This document shows, piece by piece, positions 36,141 through 45,128 of a stretch of 45,541 bases of DNA. Source of the stretch: Bacteroidota bacterium (lineage in GTDB: Bacteria > Bacteroidota > Bacteroidia > Bacteroidales > JAIFNC01); the NCBI GenBank assembly GCA_020047935.1, contig JAIFNC010000168.1, forward strand, positions 1-45,541, read 5' to 3'. The notes beneath the pieces were generated by a model. That model worked only from the letters and a program-made list of their open reading frames with translations. It had not been told where the DNA came from and ran no database searches. The number at the start of each line of letters is the position of its first letter. The stretch's first letter is position 1. The position numbers and the translations under genes were made by a program.

Positions 36141-36388
36141 GAACTGATTGAATCAATGTTGTAAAGTGTTTTTGATAGCTTATTGTTCTTTTTATGTGGC
36201 AGTAATGCATTAAACAAATCCTTCCCCGAAAGAAAAAAATAGCCCTACTCGACAGCCTAAAAACCTAAAAACCAAACTTTAAGACTGATAGTGCATATGT
36301 GTTGTATTATTTCGAATAAAATAAAATCGTTGCGTATAATTAACTTGGTCTTTGAATAGTTATATCTTTGTTATTAAAATTGAAAGGT

Positions 36389-38218
36389 ATGAATGCAGGT
36401 AAAAAAATATTTTTTGTATTTACAAGCTTTTTAATGGTTGGTTTTACAAGTTTAGCCCAACTTAAAGTATTGCAAAAGCCAAGTTTTAGCTCAACTCCCG
36501 AAATGTTTGCCAATGCGGTGGTTGCCATGCCCGAATTGAACCTCGAAACCGTAAAAAAATCGGCAACCAACGAACTGAACGGCAAATTAACGTTTGCTAA
36601 AGCTTTCGATGTAAATTTTACACCGCAAAACTCCGGTGTTTACACCGTAATGCCCAACGGCAACAAAATTTGGTTGCTTAAAATAAGTTCACAAATTGCA
36701 TTTTCGCTAAATATTATTTTCGAGAAATTCCATTTGCCTCCCGGCGCCGAATTATGGCTTTATAATGCCGACAAAACCTATGCATTGGGCGCATACACCG
36801 CACTTAATAACTCGAAAAGCGGCAAACTTGCCATAGAGCCGGTTCCGGGAAGCGAGTTGCTGTTGGAATATTTTGAACCTGCCGGCGTACCTTTTGCCGG
36901 CGAATTACTAATTTCTAAAGTTAATCACGATTTTTTAGATGTGTTTAAGGCATTGCGAGGTTTTGGCGATTCGGATGTATGTAATGTGGATATTAATTGC
37001 GATGCCGGCAACGAATGGCAAATGCAAAAACGCGCCGTACTTAAAACCATGATAAATGGTAAGGACTTGTGTTCCGGAGCGTTAATTAACAACAGTTTAC
37101 AAAACGGTACACCGTACTTTTACACCGCTTCGCATTGTGGCGATACGCAAACCGATGCCGAAAACTGGATTTTTTATTTCCAATACGAACGCCCTTTCTG
37201 TAACAGCGGTACGCCGCCCATAAAAACGCTTTCAGGTTCCGATTTGGTGGCTACTTCGGGCAATTTGGATTTTACCCTCGTTAAGTTGAAGGACATACCG
37301 CCGCCCGATTTTAATCCGTTTTATGCCGGTTGGGATGCCACCGGAAATACACCTAATTATTCGGTTACTATTCATCATCCGAGTGGGGATGTTAAAAAAA
37401 TTTCGCGCGACAATGACCCGCCGCAAACTACCACCTACCCCGACAACAGCTATGACAGCAACGTACATTGGCATATTGCTAAATGGGATGTAGGTACTAC
37501 CGAAGGCGGCTCGTCGGGCGCACCGCTATTCGACCAAAATAAACGAATTATTGGCGATTTAACGGGCGGCGAGGCAAGTTGCACAAAAAGTGTGAACGAT
37601 TATTTTCAGAAATTTGCTGTGGCTTGGAAAATAAGCGAAATACCCGATCGACAATTGAAACACTGGCTCGACCCAAACAATTCGGGCGCCTTGGTGCTCG
37701 ACGGTTTCGATCCGTACGCAGTAAACAGACAGTTCGATGCAAATTTATTTCGAATTATTGTGCCTTCAGATACCATTGAACCCGGCAATTATATACCTGA
37801 AATTATGGTGTATAACAACGGCAGCACAACCATTACTTCGCTTAAAATTGCGTATAAATTGAATGCTGAACCTGCAAAAATACTCGATTGGACCGGCGAA
37901 TTACTAAAGCACAATTCGACCGTTATAAAACTGCCCGAAGTAATTTTAACCGCCGGAAATTTTACCTTCGAAATAACTTTAACCGAAGTAAATGCGCAAT
38001 CCGATGAATTTACCGACAATAATTTGGGTGTTATAAACGGATACGCACGTAAAGATTACGACATTAAAATTTATTCAACCGATATGCCAAAAACATTGTG
38101 CGCGTCAAACTTATTTCCGTCGGTAAATTTTGTAAACATTGGCAAGAATGACTTAAGCTCAGTTTCCATACGCATGTCGGTAAATAATACGAACGAAATT
38201 TCGTCCCGATACCACTAA
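36389..38218 (+). CDS. S1 serine peptidase, lysyl-endopeptidase-like (fragment 1 of a frame-broken gene)
   Basis: ATG at 36389 gives the signal peptide MNAGKKIFFVFTSFLMVGFTSLAQ (the ORF opens at 36368). Propeptide-like N-domain. Catalytic His in YTASHCG, Asp in LDFTLVKL, Ser in GGSSGAPLF. Confidence 0.8.
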   Translation: MNAGKKIFFVFTSFLMVGFTSLAQLKVLQKPSFSSTPEMFANAVVAMPELNLETVKKSATNELNGKLTFAKAFDVNFTPQNSGVYTVMPNGNKIWLLKISSQIAFSLNIIFEKFHLPPGAELWLYNADKTYALGAYTALNNSKSGKLAIEPVPGSELLLEYFEPAGVPFAGELLISKVNHDFLDVFKALRGFGDSDVCNVDINCDAGNEWQMQKRAVLKTMINGKDLCSGALINNSLQNGTPYFYTASHCGDTQTDAENWIFYFQYERPFCNSGTPPIKTLSGSDLVATSGNLDFTLVKLKDIPPPDFNPFYAGWDATGNTPNYSVTIHHPSGDVKKISRDNDPPQTTTYPDNSYDSNVHWHIAKWDVGTTEGGSSGAPLFDQNKRIIGDLTGGEASCTKSVNDYFQKFAVAWKISEIPDRQLKHWLDPNNSGALVLDGFDPYAVNRQFDANLFRIIVPSDTIEPGNYIPEIMVYNNGSTTITSLKIAYKLNAEPAKILDWTGELLKHNSTVIKLPEVILTAGNFTFEITLTEVNAQSDEFTDNNLGVINGYARKDYDIKIYSTDMPKTLCASNLFPSVNFVNIGKNDLSSVSIRMSVNNTNEISSRYH

Positions 38219-38219
38219 G

Positions 38220-38441
38220 TTGACTTTTTGGGCAGAACGAATTAACGGTATAGATATTCCGGCAACCGACTATATATATTTTAATTACCAAGTTGTTAAG
38301 GCGGTAAATAGGTTAAAATACTTTATGAAAACCGACAATTGGCCGAACGAAATTTCGTGGAAATTTGTAAGCAAAAGCAACGGAACTATTGCCCAAAGCC
38401 AAACCTACAGTTCCGGCAGTGCCGTAACGGTAAACGTGTGA
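38220..38441 (+). CDS. Middle fragment of the same peptidase gene (frame 0)
   Basis: No ATG. Contains KTDNWPNEISWKFVSKSNGTIAQSQTYSSGSAVTV, the first half of a domain that is repeated intact at LSIKTDFRTNENSWQLADDAGN... in the next fragment. Confidence 0.55.
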   Translation: MTFWAERINGIDIPATDYIYFNYQVVKAVNRLKYFMKTDNWPNEISWKFVSKSNGTIAQSQTYSSGSAVTVNV

Positions 38442-38457
38442 GCACGGTGCAGGCTAT

Positions 38458-39426
38458 TTGTATATCGAAAACTCTGCAACCGGCGATGTGCTGTTTACCG
38501 GCGGAGAATTTACCAACAACCGGCAAGCTACGTTAATTTTCCCGAAACACGAAGTCGAAATTTCAACTGTTATTTTGCCCGGCGTGGGTACCGAACCCGG
38601 CATTTTCGAACCCACTATTCGAGTACGAAATTTGGGAACCGAACCAATTAAAGAACTTAACGCCAAAGCAAGCTATAACAACACGACCTTGAATGCAACG
38701 TTTTCGGGCAATTTGAATCGTTACGACAGTACCGATATCTCGTTTGCACCAATTAACTTTCAGCAAGGAAAACATACCCTCGATTTTTGGGTTGAAACAC
38801 CGAATGCCAAGGATTTCGAACTAAAAAACAATGCATTAAATTATTCGGTTTACGCCAATTCGGGGTCGAACTTGGAACTGAGCATTAAAACCGATTTTAG
38901 AACCAACGAAAACAGTTGGCAACTTGCAGATGATGCGGGAAATATATTGGCAGAAGCCGACAGCTTGCGAGCAAATAAGCTGTATGTGCATAATTTTTGG
39001 CTTCCGTACGGTTGCTATAAGCTGGCTTTTACCGATACTGCCGCAAATAGTTTATGCTGCGATTTTGGCAACGGATTTTTGAAATTGCTGAATAAAGAAA
39101 ACAACGAGCTTATTGTTGATCATACATTTTTTACCGCGAAAACCGGAACAAAAACCTTCTGCTTAACAAATGCCATAGAAACTGACAAAATAAGCAAGTG
39201 GCAAGTGTTTCCTAACCCGGCGAGCAAACAATTGTTTATAGAAAATTTGGAAGTAAATGAAATGCACATTAAAATATTTGACCTTACCGGTAAGTTATTG
39301 TATTCGGAGGTTATAAACCAAAGTAAAACCGAAATTGATATTTCGAGTTTTAGTTCGGGTATGTATCGAATGCAAATTGTTTCGGATAAATTCGTTGAAT
39401 ACAACAAACTTATTATTAAAGAATAA
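38458..39426 (+). CDS. C-terminal fragment of the same peptidase gene, with T9SS sorting domain
   Basis: The frame is open from 38434. Ends with the T9SS type-A CTD WQVFPNPASKQLFIENLEVNEMHIKIFDLTGKLLYSE...GMYRMQIVSD. Confidence 0.75.
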   Translation: MYIENSATGDVLFTGGEFTNNRQATLIFPKHEVEISTVILPGVGTEPGIFEPTIRVRNLGTEPIKELNAKASYNNTTLNATFSGNLNRYDSTDISFAPINFQQGKHTLDFWVETPNAKDFELKNNALNYSVYANSGSNLELSIKTDFRTNENSWQLADDAGNILAEADSLRANKLYVHNFWLPYGCYKLAFTDTAANSLCCDFGNGFLKLLNKENNELIVDHTFFTAKTGTKTFCLTNAIETDKISKWQVFPNPASKQLFIENLEVNEMHIKIFDLTGKLLYSEVINQSKTEIDISSFSSGMYRMQIVSDKFVEYNKLIIKE

Positions 39427-39477
39427 GCTTGAATTAAGTTGAATTGAATTTATTCAAGAAATCAAAAACCTTTAGCT

Positions 39478-40221
39478 ATGAAAGAACGTTTTAACATTAT
39501 ACTAATTGTAACGCTTGTTTTTTGTTCGAATCTCGAGCCAATATTTGCGCAACTAAGCAATGGCGGAAAACCGTATTTGTTCGGTTATAAGAAAGAAATA
39601 TCGGCAAATTATCCGTTCAAAATTTCCATTGACGATACGTTGGAATTAGACGATTTGCAAGTAGCCAAAAATGTGGAAACTTCAATACGAATAACCGATA
39701 ATAAGCACGAAGCAAAAATACTGAACGGCAGAAAAATATGGACTTTAAAAGTTGAAATACCCGAAGCGTTGTTCATAAATTTACTTTTCGCTAACTTTAA
39801 GTTGGCTGCAAACCAAGAACTGTATATTTATTCACCCAACAATAATCAAGTTCTGGGAGCTTTTACTGCCCAAAACAATAAGCCCGACGGCAGTTTTGCC
39901 GTGTCGCCCTTGGAAGGAAATTGCGCAATAATCGAGTATTCGCAAGCTGTTGAAGATATAAGTGTACAATTGTTAAAACTATCGGCAGTTGGCAAAGGAT
40001 TTAAACCGCTTACCTCACAAAACCTGCTCGAAACCTGCCATTTGGATATCAACTGCCCCGAAGCTGCAGACTATTCGGAGCTCAAACGCTCGGTAGTGCA
40101 TTTACTTATTTCGGACAAATATAAAAGCTCCATTTGTACCGGAACGCTTATAAATACCACCGATAATTCGGGCAAACCGTATGTTACGAAAATTCGGGTT
40201 GCAATACATCAGACCCAGTAA
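39478..40221 (+). CDS. Paralogous S1 peptidase gene, N-terminal fragment (pseudogene-like)
   Basis: 247 aa. Signal peptide. Propeptide colinear with that of 36389..38218. The reading frame breaks right after GKPYV, where the paralog has the His motif. Confidence 0.7.
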   Translation: MKERFNIILIVTLVFCSNLEPIFAQLSNGGKPYLFGYKKEISANYPFKISIDDTLELDDLQVAKNVETSIRITDNKHEAKILNGRKIWTLKVEIPEALFINLLFANFKLAANQELYIYSPNNNQVLGAFTAQNNKPDGSFAVSPLEGNCAIIEYSQAVEDISVQLLKLSAVGKGFKPLTSQNLLETCHLDINCPEAADYSELKRSVVHLLISDKYKSSICTGTLINTTDNSGKPYVTKIRVAIHQTQ

Positions 40222-40247
40222 AAAACAACAGTTTATCGGGTGCACGA

Positions 40248-41612
40248 TTGCTGGCAGCGCCAAAAAACCATGAACTCGATTACACCTTGGTTGAAATTAT
40301 GGAACCAATACCGTCCGCCTATAAGCCCTATTTTGCCGGCTGGGATAGAAGTTTGGATACTCCCAAATCTATAGCCGCCATACATCATCCGTCGGGTGCG
40401 GCTAAAAAACTATCCATCGAAAACGACCCGGTGGTTTCGGCAAGTATTGGTTCGAATATGGGGTATCTGGACGATTCGCATTGGAAAGTACTTATGTGGG
40501 ACAGCGGCGCTACCGAAGGAGGTTCGTCGGGCGCACCGGCGTTTAACGATAAAATGAAGCTTGTTGGTATGCTAACAGGCGGCGCAGCAACCTGTGCAAA
40601 CCCTTACAACGATTACTTTTCGAAGTTAAATGCTGCATGGAATTATTCCGCCGAACCTGAGCGAAATTTAAAAACGTGGCTCGACCCTTCCGATACCCAA
40701 ACACAAACTTGCAATCCGTACGACCCTACTACCAAATATTTAAACAACGTGGCAATTAAAGAAATTTTATCGCCGCAAAATTGTGCTTCATTCGACGATA
40801 ATTTTGTAATTGAAATTGAAAATACAGGCAATAATCAGCTTACTTCGTTGCACGTAACCATAGTTTTTAACCAAAACGAAAGAGTCGATTTTACTTGGAC
40901 CGGCAACTTGGCATTTGGTGCCAGAACGCAAATTGCCGCGCCTGAAACTTTTTATACCGAAGGTGCCAACAGTGCCGAAGTGTACTTAACAATGCCAAAT
41001 AACCTGCCGGACGATGCGCAGGAGGATAATTATAAGCAGCAAGTTTTTTCGGTTGCCAACGACAATGTGAATAAAATAAAAATGCTTTTTGTAAGCAGAA
41101 ACGGATTAAGCAATGTAAGCTGGCTTTTACTGAATGAAAATACAAATGCGAAAATAGAAGCAAGCTTACCGAATTCAAATTCGGCATCTACCATATTATG
41201 TTTAACTACCGGTTGCTACCGATTCGAACTTATACACCCAAACATAGCGTTGCAATTTACCATTGAAAACGAAAGTTTGTACAAAACAATTTATAACAAG
41301 CAATATGCAAATGCCGGCAACGAAGTTTTTAAGTTTTGCATATTTCCCTACAACGAATCGAGGGTATATGTAAGCGACCAAACCAAGGTATTTCCCAACC
41401 CGTTTACGGAGGTTGTTTTTATTAAACCTGCCGAAAATTTTGCTGAAGTATACAGCGCCGAAATATTTAACATGCTTGGCAAACGACTATTTGGCCGACA
41501 GAATAATCTGAGCGATATTTATATCGATACGTCAGATTATCCGCCCGGAGTGTATTGGTTGTTCTTGAATGCTAAAACACGAAAAGAAAAAATTTTACTG
41601 GTGAAAATATAA
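40248..41612 (+). CDS. Paralogous S1 peptidase gene, C-terminal fragment with T9SS sorting domain
   Basis: Asp motif LDYTLVEI, Ser motif GGSSGAPAF, T9SS CTD VFPNPFTEVVFIKP...GVYWLFLNAK. No plausible native start. The frame differs from 39478..40221. Confidence 0.7.
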   Translation: MLAAPKNHELDYTLVEIMEPIPSAYKPYFAGWDRSLDTPKSIAAIHHPSGAAKKLSIENDPVVSASIGSNMGYLDDSHWKVLMWDSGATEGGSSGAPAFNDKMKLVGMLTGGAATCANPYNDYFSKLNAAWNYSAEPERNLKTWLDPSDTQTQTCNPYDPTTKYLNNVAIKEILSPQNCASFDDNFVIEIENTGNNQLTSLHVTIVFNQNERVDFTWTGNLAFGARTQIAAPETFYTEGANSAEVYLTMPNNLPDDAQEDNYKQQVFSVANDNVNKIKMLFVSRNGLSNVSWLLLNENTNAKIEASLPNSNSASTILCLTTGCYRFELIHPNIALQFTIENESLYKTIYNKQYANAGNEVFKFCIFPYNESRVYVSDQTKVFPNPFTEVVFIKPAENFAEVYSAEIFNMLGKRLFGRQNNLSDIYIDTSDYPPGVYWLFLNAKTRKEKILLVKI

Positions 41613-41628
41613 ATAATGCATACCTATT

Positions 41629-42027
41629 ATGAAAATAAACTATTCCGCCGAATTGCAGCAATTCGAAATTACCGACAATGCGCAAGCTAAAGCTTTTATT
41701 AATGGAGTTTTGCTCATTATCTTTTCGCTGATGGTTTCGTTGGCAGTTTTAACAGTTGCCGGTTTCAAAATAACCAATAAAAGTACTTTAAAATTTACCG
41801 AAATTGAGTCCTTCAATCAAACGGTATTATTGAATGGCAAGATTTTTTATTTTAAGTTGAAAAACAAGCGAATTAGAAGTCTTGACGAACTGAAAGGCTC
41901 CGACAACGTGAATAACACCATAGAATTAATGAAATTGCATGGCATTGCGTTCAATAAAGTAGCAAGCCCATTGCGGTTTTTGAAATATCGAAAAGTTGTA
42001 AAAAATATAATAAGCAACGAAAACTAA
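41629..42027 (+). CDS. Small membrane protein, function unknown
   Basis: 132 aa with one clear TM helix (FINGVLLIIFSLMVSLAVLTVAGF). Confidence 0.5.
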   Translation: MKINYSAELQQFEITDNAQAKAFINGVLLIIFSLMVSLAVLTVAGFKITNKSTLKFTEIESFNQTVLLNGKIFYFKLKNKRIRSLDELKGSDNVNNTIELMKLHGIAFNKVASPLRFLKYRKVVKNIISNEN

Positions 42028-42151
42028 AGAAAATTTGAAAGACGAATTTTGAATCTTGAAGGTTGAATTTTGAATCGATGCCAATAATAGGAGTATTCTT
42101 CAATTCTTAATTACCTTCGGTGAGGGCTTCGCCGTTTCGTCAATTGGTTTA

Positions 42152-42244
42152 AAAGCAAAGGCAAACATCTGCTGTAAAACATGCCGGGTTAAGATGCAAG
42201 TTTTTTGCGTTTATTAAAACAGTTGTTATTTTTACATGCGGAAT
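42152..42244 (+). repeat. Copy A of a ~92-bp repeated intergenic element containing a Bacteroidota-type promoter
   Basis: Roughly 85% identical by eye to 44073-44164. TTTG (42204-42207), a 19-nt spacer, then TATTTTTA (42227-42234). Lies upstream of the histidine kinase gene. Confidence 0.7.
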
Positions 42245-42349
42245 AAAAATTCTTTCTGCAACAAGGCAGCAATGTTTATACCGGAAAATAACTAATGGAG
42301 GAGAGGTTGGATCCCGGAAGCGTTATAAGCTATAAATAAAAACCATCAG

Positions 42350-44056
42350 ATGACAGTCGAACCAACATATGAAGAACTAAAAAAGAGAATTCAGGAATTA
42401 GAAAATGAATTATTTCTATACAAAACGATTGTCGATTTTGTTCCAATTGCTATTTTTGCAAAAGATGTTCAAAATGAATACAACTATATTATTTGGAATA
42501 AAGAATTAGAAAAAACATTTGGAACAAAATCAGAACAAATAATAGGAATTAACGATTATCAATTATTTGATAAAAAAGAAGAAGCGGATTATTTTCGACA
42601 ATCTGATATTTCGGTAATGAGTGGTAAAGAAATTGTCGATATTTCAATTGAAGATTTAAGAACAAATGATGGAGTAAAAATTGTACATACTCGAAAAATT
42701 CCAATTTACGATAAAAACAACCAACCGCTAATTTTACTTGGTTGTCTGGAAGATATTACTCAAAAAGTTAAAACTGAGAAAGCATTACACGAAAGTGAAA
42801 CTTCATTAAGCAGGCAAAATGCACTATTTAATACCTTGCTTGAAAATCTTCAGATAGGTGTTTTTATGGTAGATGCCGAAACAGGTAAACCCTTGTTGGC
42901 AAATGAAACAGCAAAAAAATTGCTTGGACGAGGTATTTTACCCGACGCAACAAAACAAAATTTATCGGAGGTATATGAAGCCTATAAAATTGGAACAAAT
43001 TTACCTTATCCGCCCGATGAAATGCCAATTCTATTGGGTATGTGCGGTAAATCAGTTCATATTGACGATATGCTAGTTAAACGACCTGACGGTACAGAAA
43101 CACAACTTGAAATATTCGGTTCTCCAATTATTGACAAACAAGGTGTGAATTGGGCAAGTTTGGTAAGCTTTATTGATATTACAGAACGGAAATTAACTGA
43201 AAAATTATTGAGAGAACAAACGGAAGAAATCCAATCGCAAAATGAAGAATTATTGGCAGGAAATGAAGAATACGAGCAATTAAACGAAGAACTCCGTCAA
43301 ACAAATGAACAGTTAATTTCCACAAAATTATTAATAGAAGAAAGCAACGAAAAATTACTTCAACTCAATGCAGACAAGGATAAATTTATTTCAATTCTTG
43401 GACATGATTTAAAAAGCCCATTTAACTCGATACTTGGCTTTTTAGAACTGTTATCAAAAAACATCAGATTTTACGACATCGGTAAAATTGAACGTCAAAT
43501 AAATATCATTCACGAATCGGCAATTCACACCTATGATTTATTAAACGATTTATTATTATGGTCAAAATCTCAATCAGGACAATTGACATTTGAACCTAAA
43601 AGGATAATTTTTGAAGATATTTGCCTTGAGATTATTGAAAATTTAAAATACAGTGCCGTTACAAAAGAAATTTCCATTCAGTGTTTTGACAAAGAAAAAA
43701 CTATTTTATTGGCTGATTTAAATATGGTTAAAACTATTTTACGTAATTTGATTTCAAATGCAATAAAATTTACAAATAGAACCGGAAAAATAATTATTTA
43801 TACAGAAAAAAATATTGAAGATGTAACAATTACTGTATCCGACAACGGAGTAGGAATTGAAAAAGAAACGATATTAAAACTTTGGGATTTCACCAAACCG
43901 ATTACCTCAACCGGAACATCCGGTGAAAAGGGAACCGGTTTTGGTTTATTGCTTTGTAAAGAATTTGTAGAAAAACACAGCGGACAAATTTGGGTTGAAA
44001 GTGAATTAGGAAAAGGCAGCGATTTTAAATTTACCATACCTTTGTGCAATGCTTGA
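42350..44056 (+). CDS. Cytoplasmic PAS-PAS sensor histidine kinase
   Basis: 568 aa with no TM segment. Two PAS-like regions, then a coiled coil. H-box DKFISILGHDLKSPFNSILGF, N-box LISNAIKFT, G1 DNGVGI, G2 GTGFGL. Confidence 0.9.
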   Translation: MTVEPTYEELKKRIQELENELFLYKTIVDFVPIAIFAKDVQNEYNYIIWNKELEKTFGTKSEQIIGINDYQLFDKKEEADYFRQSDISVMSGKEIVDISIEDLRTNDGVKIVHTRKIPIYDKNNQPLILLGCLEDITQKVKTEKALHESETSLSRQNALFNTLLENLQIGVFMVDAETGKPLLANETAKKLLGRGILPDATKQNLSEVYEAYKIGTNLPYPPDEMPILLGMCGKSVHIDDMLVKRPDGTETQLEIFGSPIIDKQGVNWASLVSFIDITERKLTEKLLREQTEEIQSQNEELLAGNEEYEQLNEELRQTNEQLISTKLLIEESNEKLLQLNADKDKFISILGHDLKSPFNSILGFLELLSKNIRFYDIGKIERQINIIHESAIHTYDLLNDLLLWSKSQSGQLTFEPKRIIFEDICLEIIENLKYSAVTKEISIQCFDKEKTILLADLNMVKTILRNLISNAIKFTNRTGKIIIYTEKNIEDVTITVSDNGVGIEKETILKLWDFTKPITSTGTSGEKGTGFGLLLCKEFVEKHSGQIWVESELGKGSDFKFTIPLCNA

Positions 44057-44072
44057 TCGATTTAATATTTTG

Positions 44073-44164
44073 AAAGCATAGGCAAACATCTGCTGTGAAA
44101 CATGCCGGTTTAAAGTCCGGTTTTTTGCGTTTATAAAATCATTTGTTATTTTTGCATGCGGAAT
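44073..44164 (+). repeat. Copy B of the ~92-bp element, with a consensus promoter
   Basis: TTTG (44124-44127), a 19-nt spacer, then TATTTTTG (44147-44154), which matches TAnnTTTG exactly. About 70 nt upstream of the 44224 start. Confidence 0.7.
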
Positions 44165-44223
44165 TAATTTGATGGGGTAACAAAAATTTAGCTCACTATA
44201 AACATATTAATATATAACAGACA

Positions 44224-44946
44224 ATGAATAGATTACAAGGACTATTTATTTTTATAGGGCTGATTTTTTTCAGCTCATGTAACCCGAAAATCTCGACAAG
44301 CATTATTAGAACTTATTCGCCATTAGATTATAAACAAGAAGTTGTTGTTATTAGCTTGGACCAAATGGAACCTGAAAACGTAGAGGTTTTAGGTGAAGTT
44401 AAAATTGGCGACACCGGATTTAGTACAAAATGCAGTTACGATATTGTTATAGACCAAGCTAAACTTGAAGCAAAGAAAGCAGGCGGAAATGCTATTAAGA
44501 TCATAGAACATAAACAGCCAACTGCAATGGGAAGTTCGTGCCACAGAATAACAGCAAAAATATTAAGGGTTGAAAATATTGCAACCTATACACCAAAAGT
44601 AGAAGAGGAGGTGTTGTTAGATGTTGATTATGCTATCTTAAATATTTATCGTTATAGTGGTGCCGGAGCATTAGTTGGTTATGATTTGTATCTTGGCGAT
44701 TCTGTTATTTGTAGAGTGAAAAATAATTATAAAACTACACTTCGTATTAAAAAAGATGGAATTAATACCTTGTGGGCTAGAACTGAAGCAAAATCAGAAG
44801 CGCCGATTGATATTAAAATGGGAAAAATATACTATGTACGTTGTGGAATTACTATGGGAGCATTTGTTGGACGTCCTAAAATTGAATTAGTTAATAGTAA
44901 AACGGGAAAAGCTGAATTTGAATCATTTAAAGCTAAAAATCAATGA
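44224..44946 (+). CDS. Lipoprotein with DUF2846-like C-terminal domain
   Basis: 240 aa. Lipobox FIGLIFFSSC. The C-terminal half (AILNIYRYSG...LYLGDSVICRVKNNYKTTLRIKKDG...GKIYYVRCGI...) resembles DUF2846. Confidence 0.6.
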   Translation: MNRLQGLFIFIGLIFFSSCNPKISTSIIRTYSPLDYKQEVVVISLDQMEPENVEVLGEVKIGDTGFSTKCSYDIVIDQAKLEAKKAGGNAIKIIEHKQPTAMGSSCHRITAKILRVENIATYTPKVEEEVLLDVDYAILNIYRYSGAGALVGYDLYLGDSVICRVKNNYKTTLRIKKDGINTLWARTEAKSEAPIDIKMGKIYYVRCGITMGAFVGRPKIELVNSKTGKAEFESFKAKNQ

Positions 44947-45128
44947 AAAAAATATTCATTTTTGCACTTTTAGCAGTCATTGCTAATTCAATAGTTGCTC
45001 AGGATTTAATTATTACAAGCGAAGGCGACTCTATTAATTGTAAAATAACCAAAGTGAAAAATGATTTTGTGTATTTCACTTTTAAGCATAATGACAGACC
45101 GGTGAAGTACCAAAGGAAAAAGTTATAG
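44943..45128 (+). CDS. N-terminal fragment (signal peptide) of a frame-broken outer-membrane-type gene
   Basis: 61 aa. Signal peptide MKKIFIFALLAVIANSIVAQ. Its start overlaps the upstream stop (ATGA). Confidence 0.5.
   Translation: MKKIFIFALLAVIANSIVAQDLIITSEGDSINCKITKVKNDFVYFTFKHNDRPVKYQRKKL

Noticed and set aside
42044-42076. Direct repeat GAATTTTGAATC twice with 21-bp period, and similar TTGAAT-rich sequence at 39427-39460 including the CTTGAAT...ATTCAAG inverted repeat
   Set aside because: The repeats are short, AT-rich and low-complexity, and are expected by chance in AT-rich spacers. The hairpin at 39427-39460 has a long loop and no U-tract, so I do not call a terminator or binding site.
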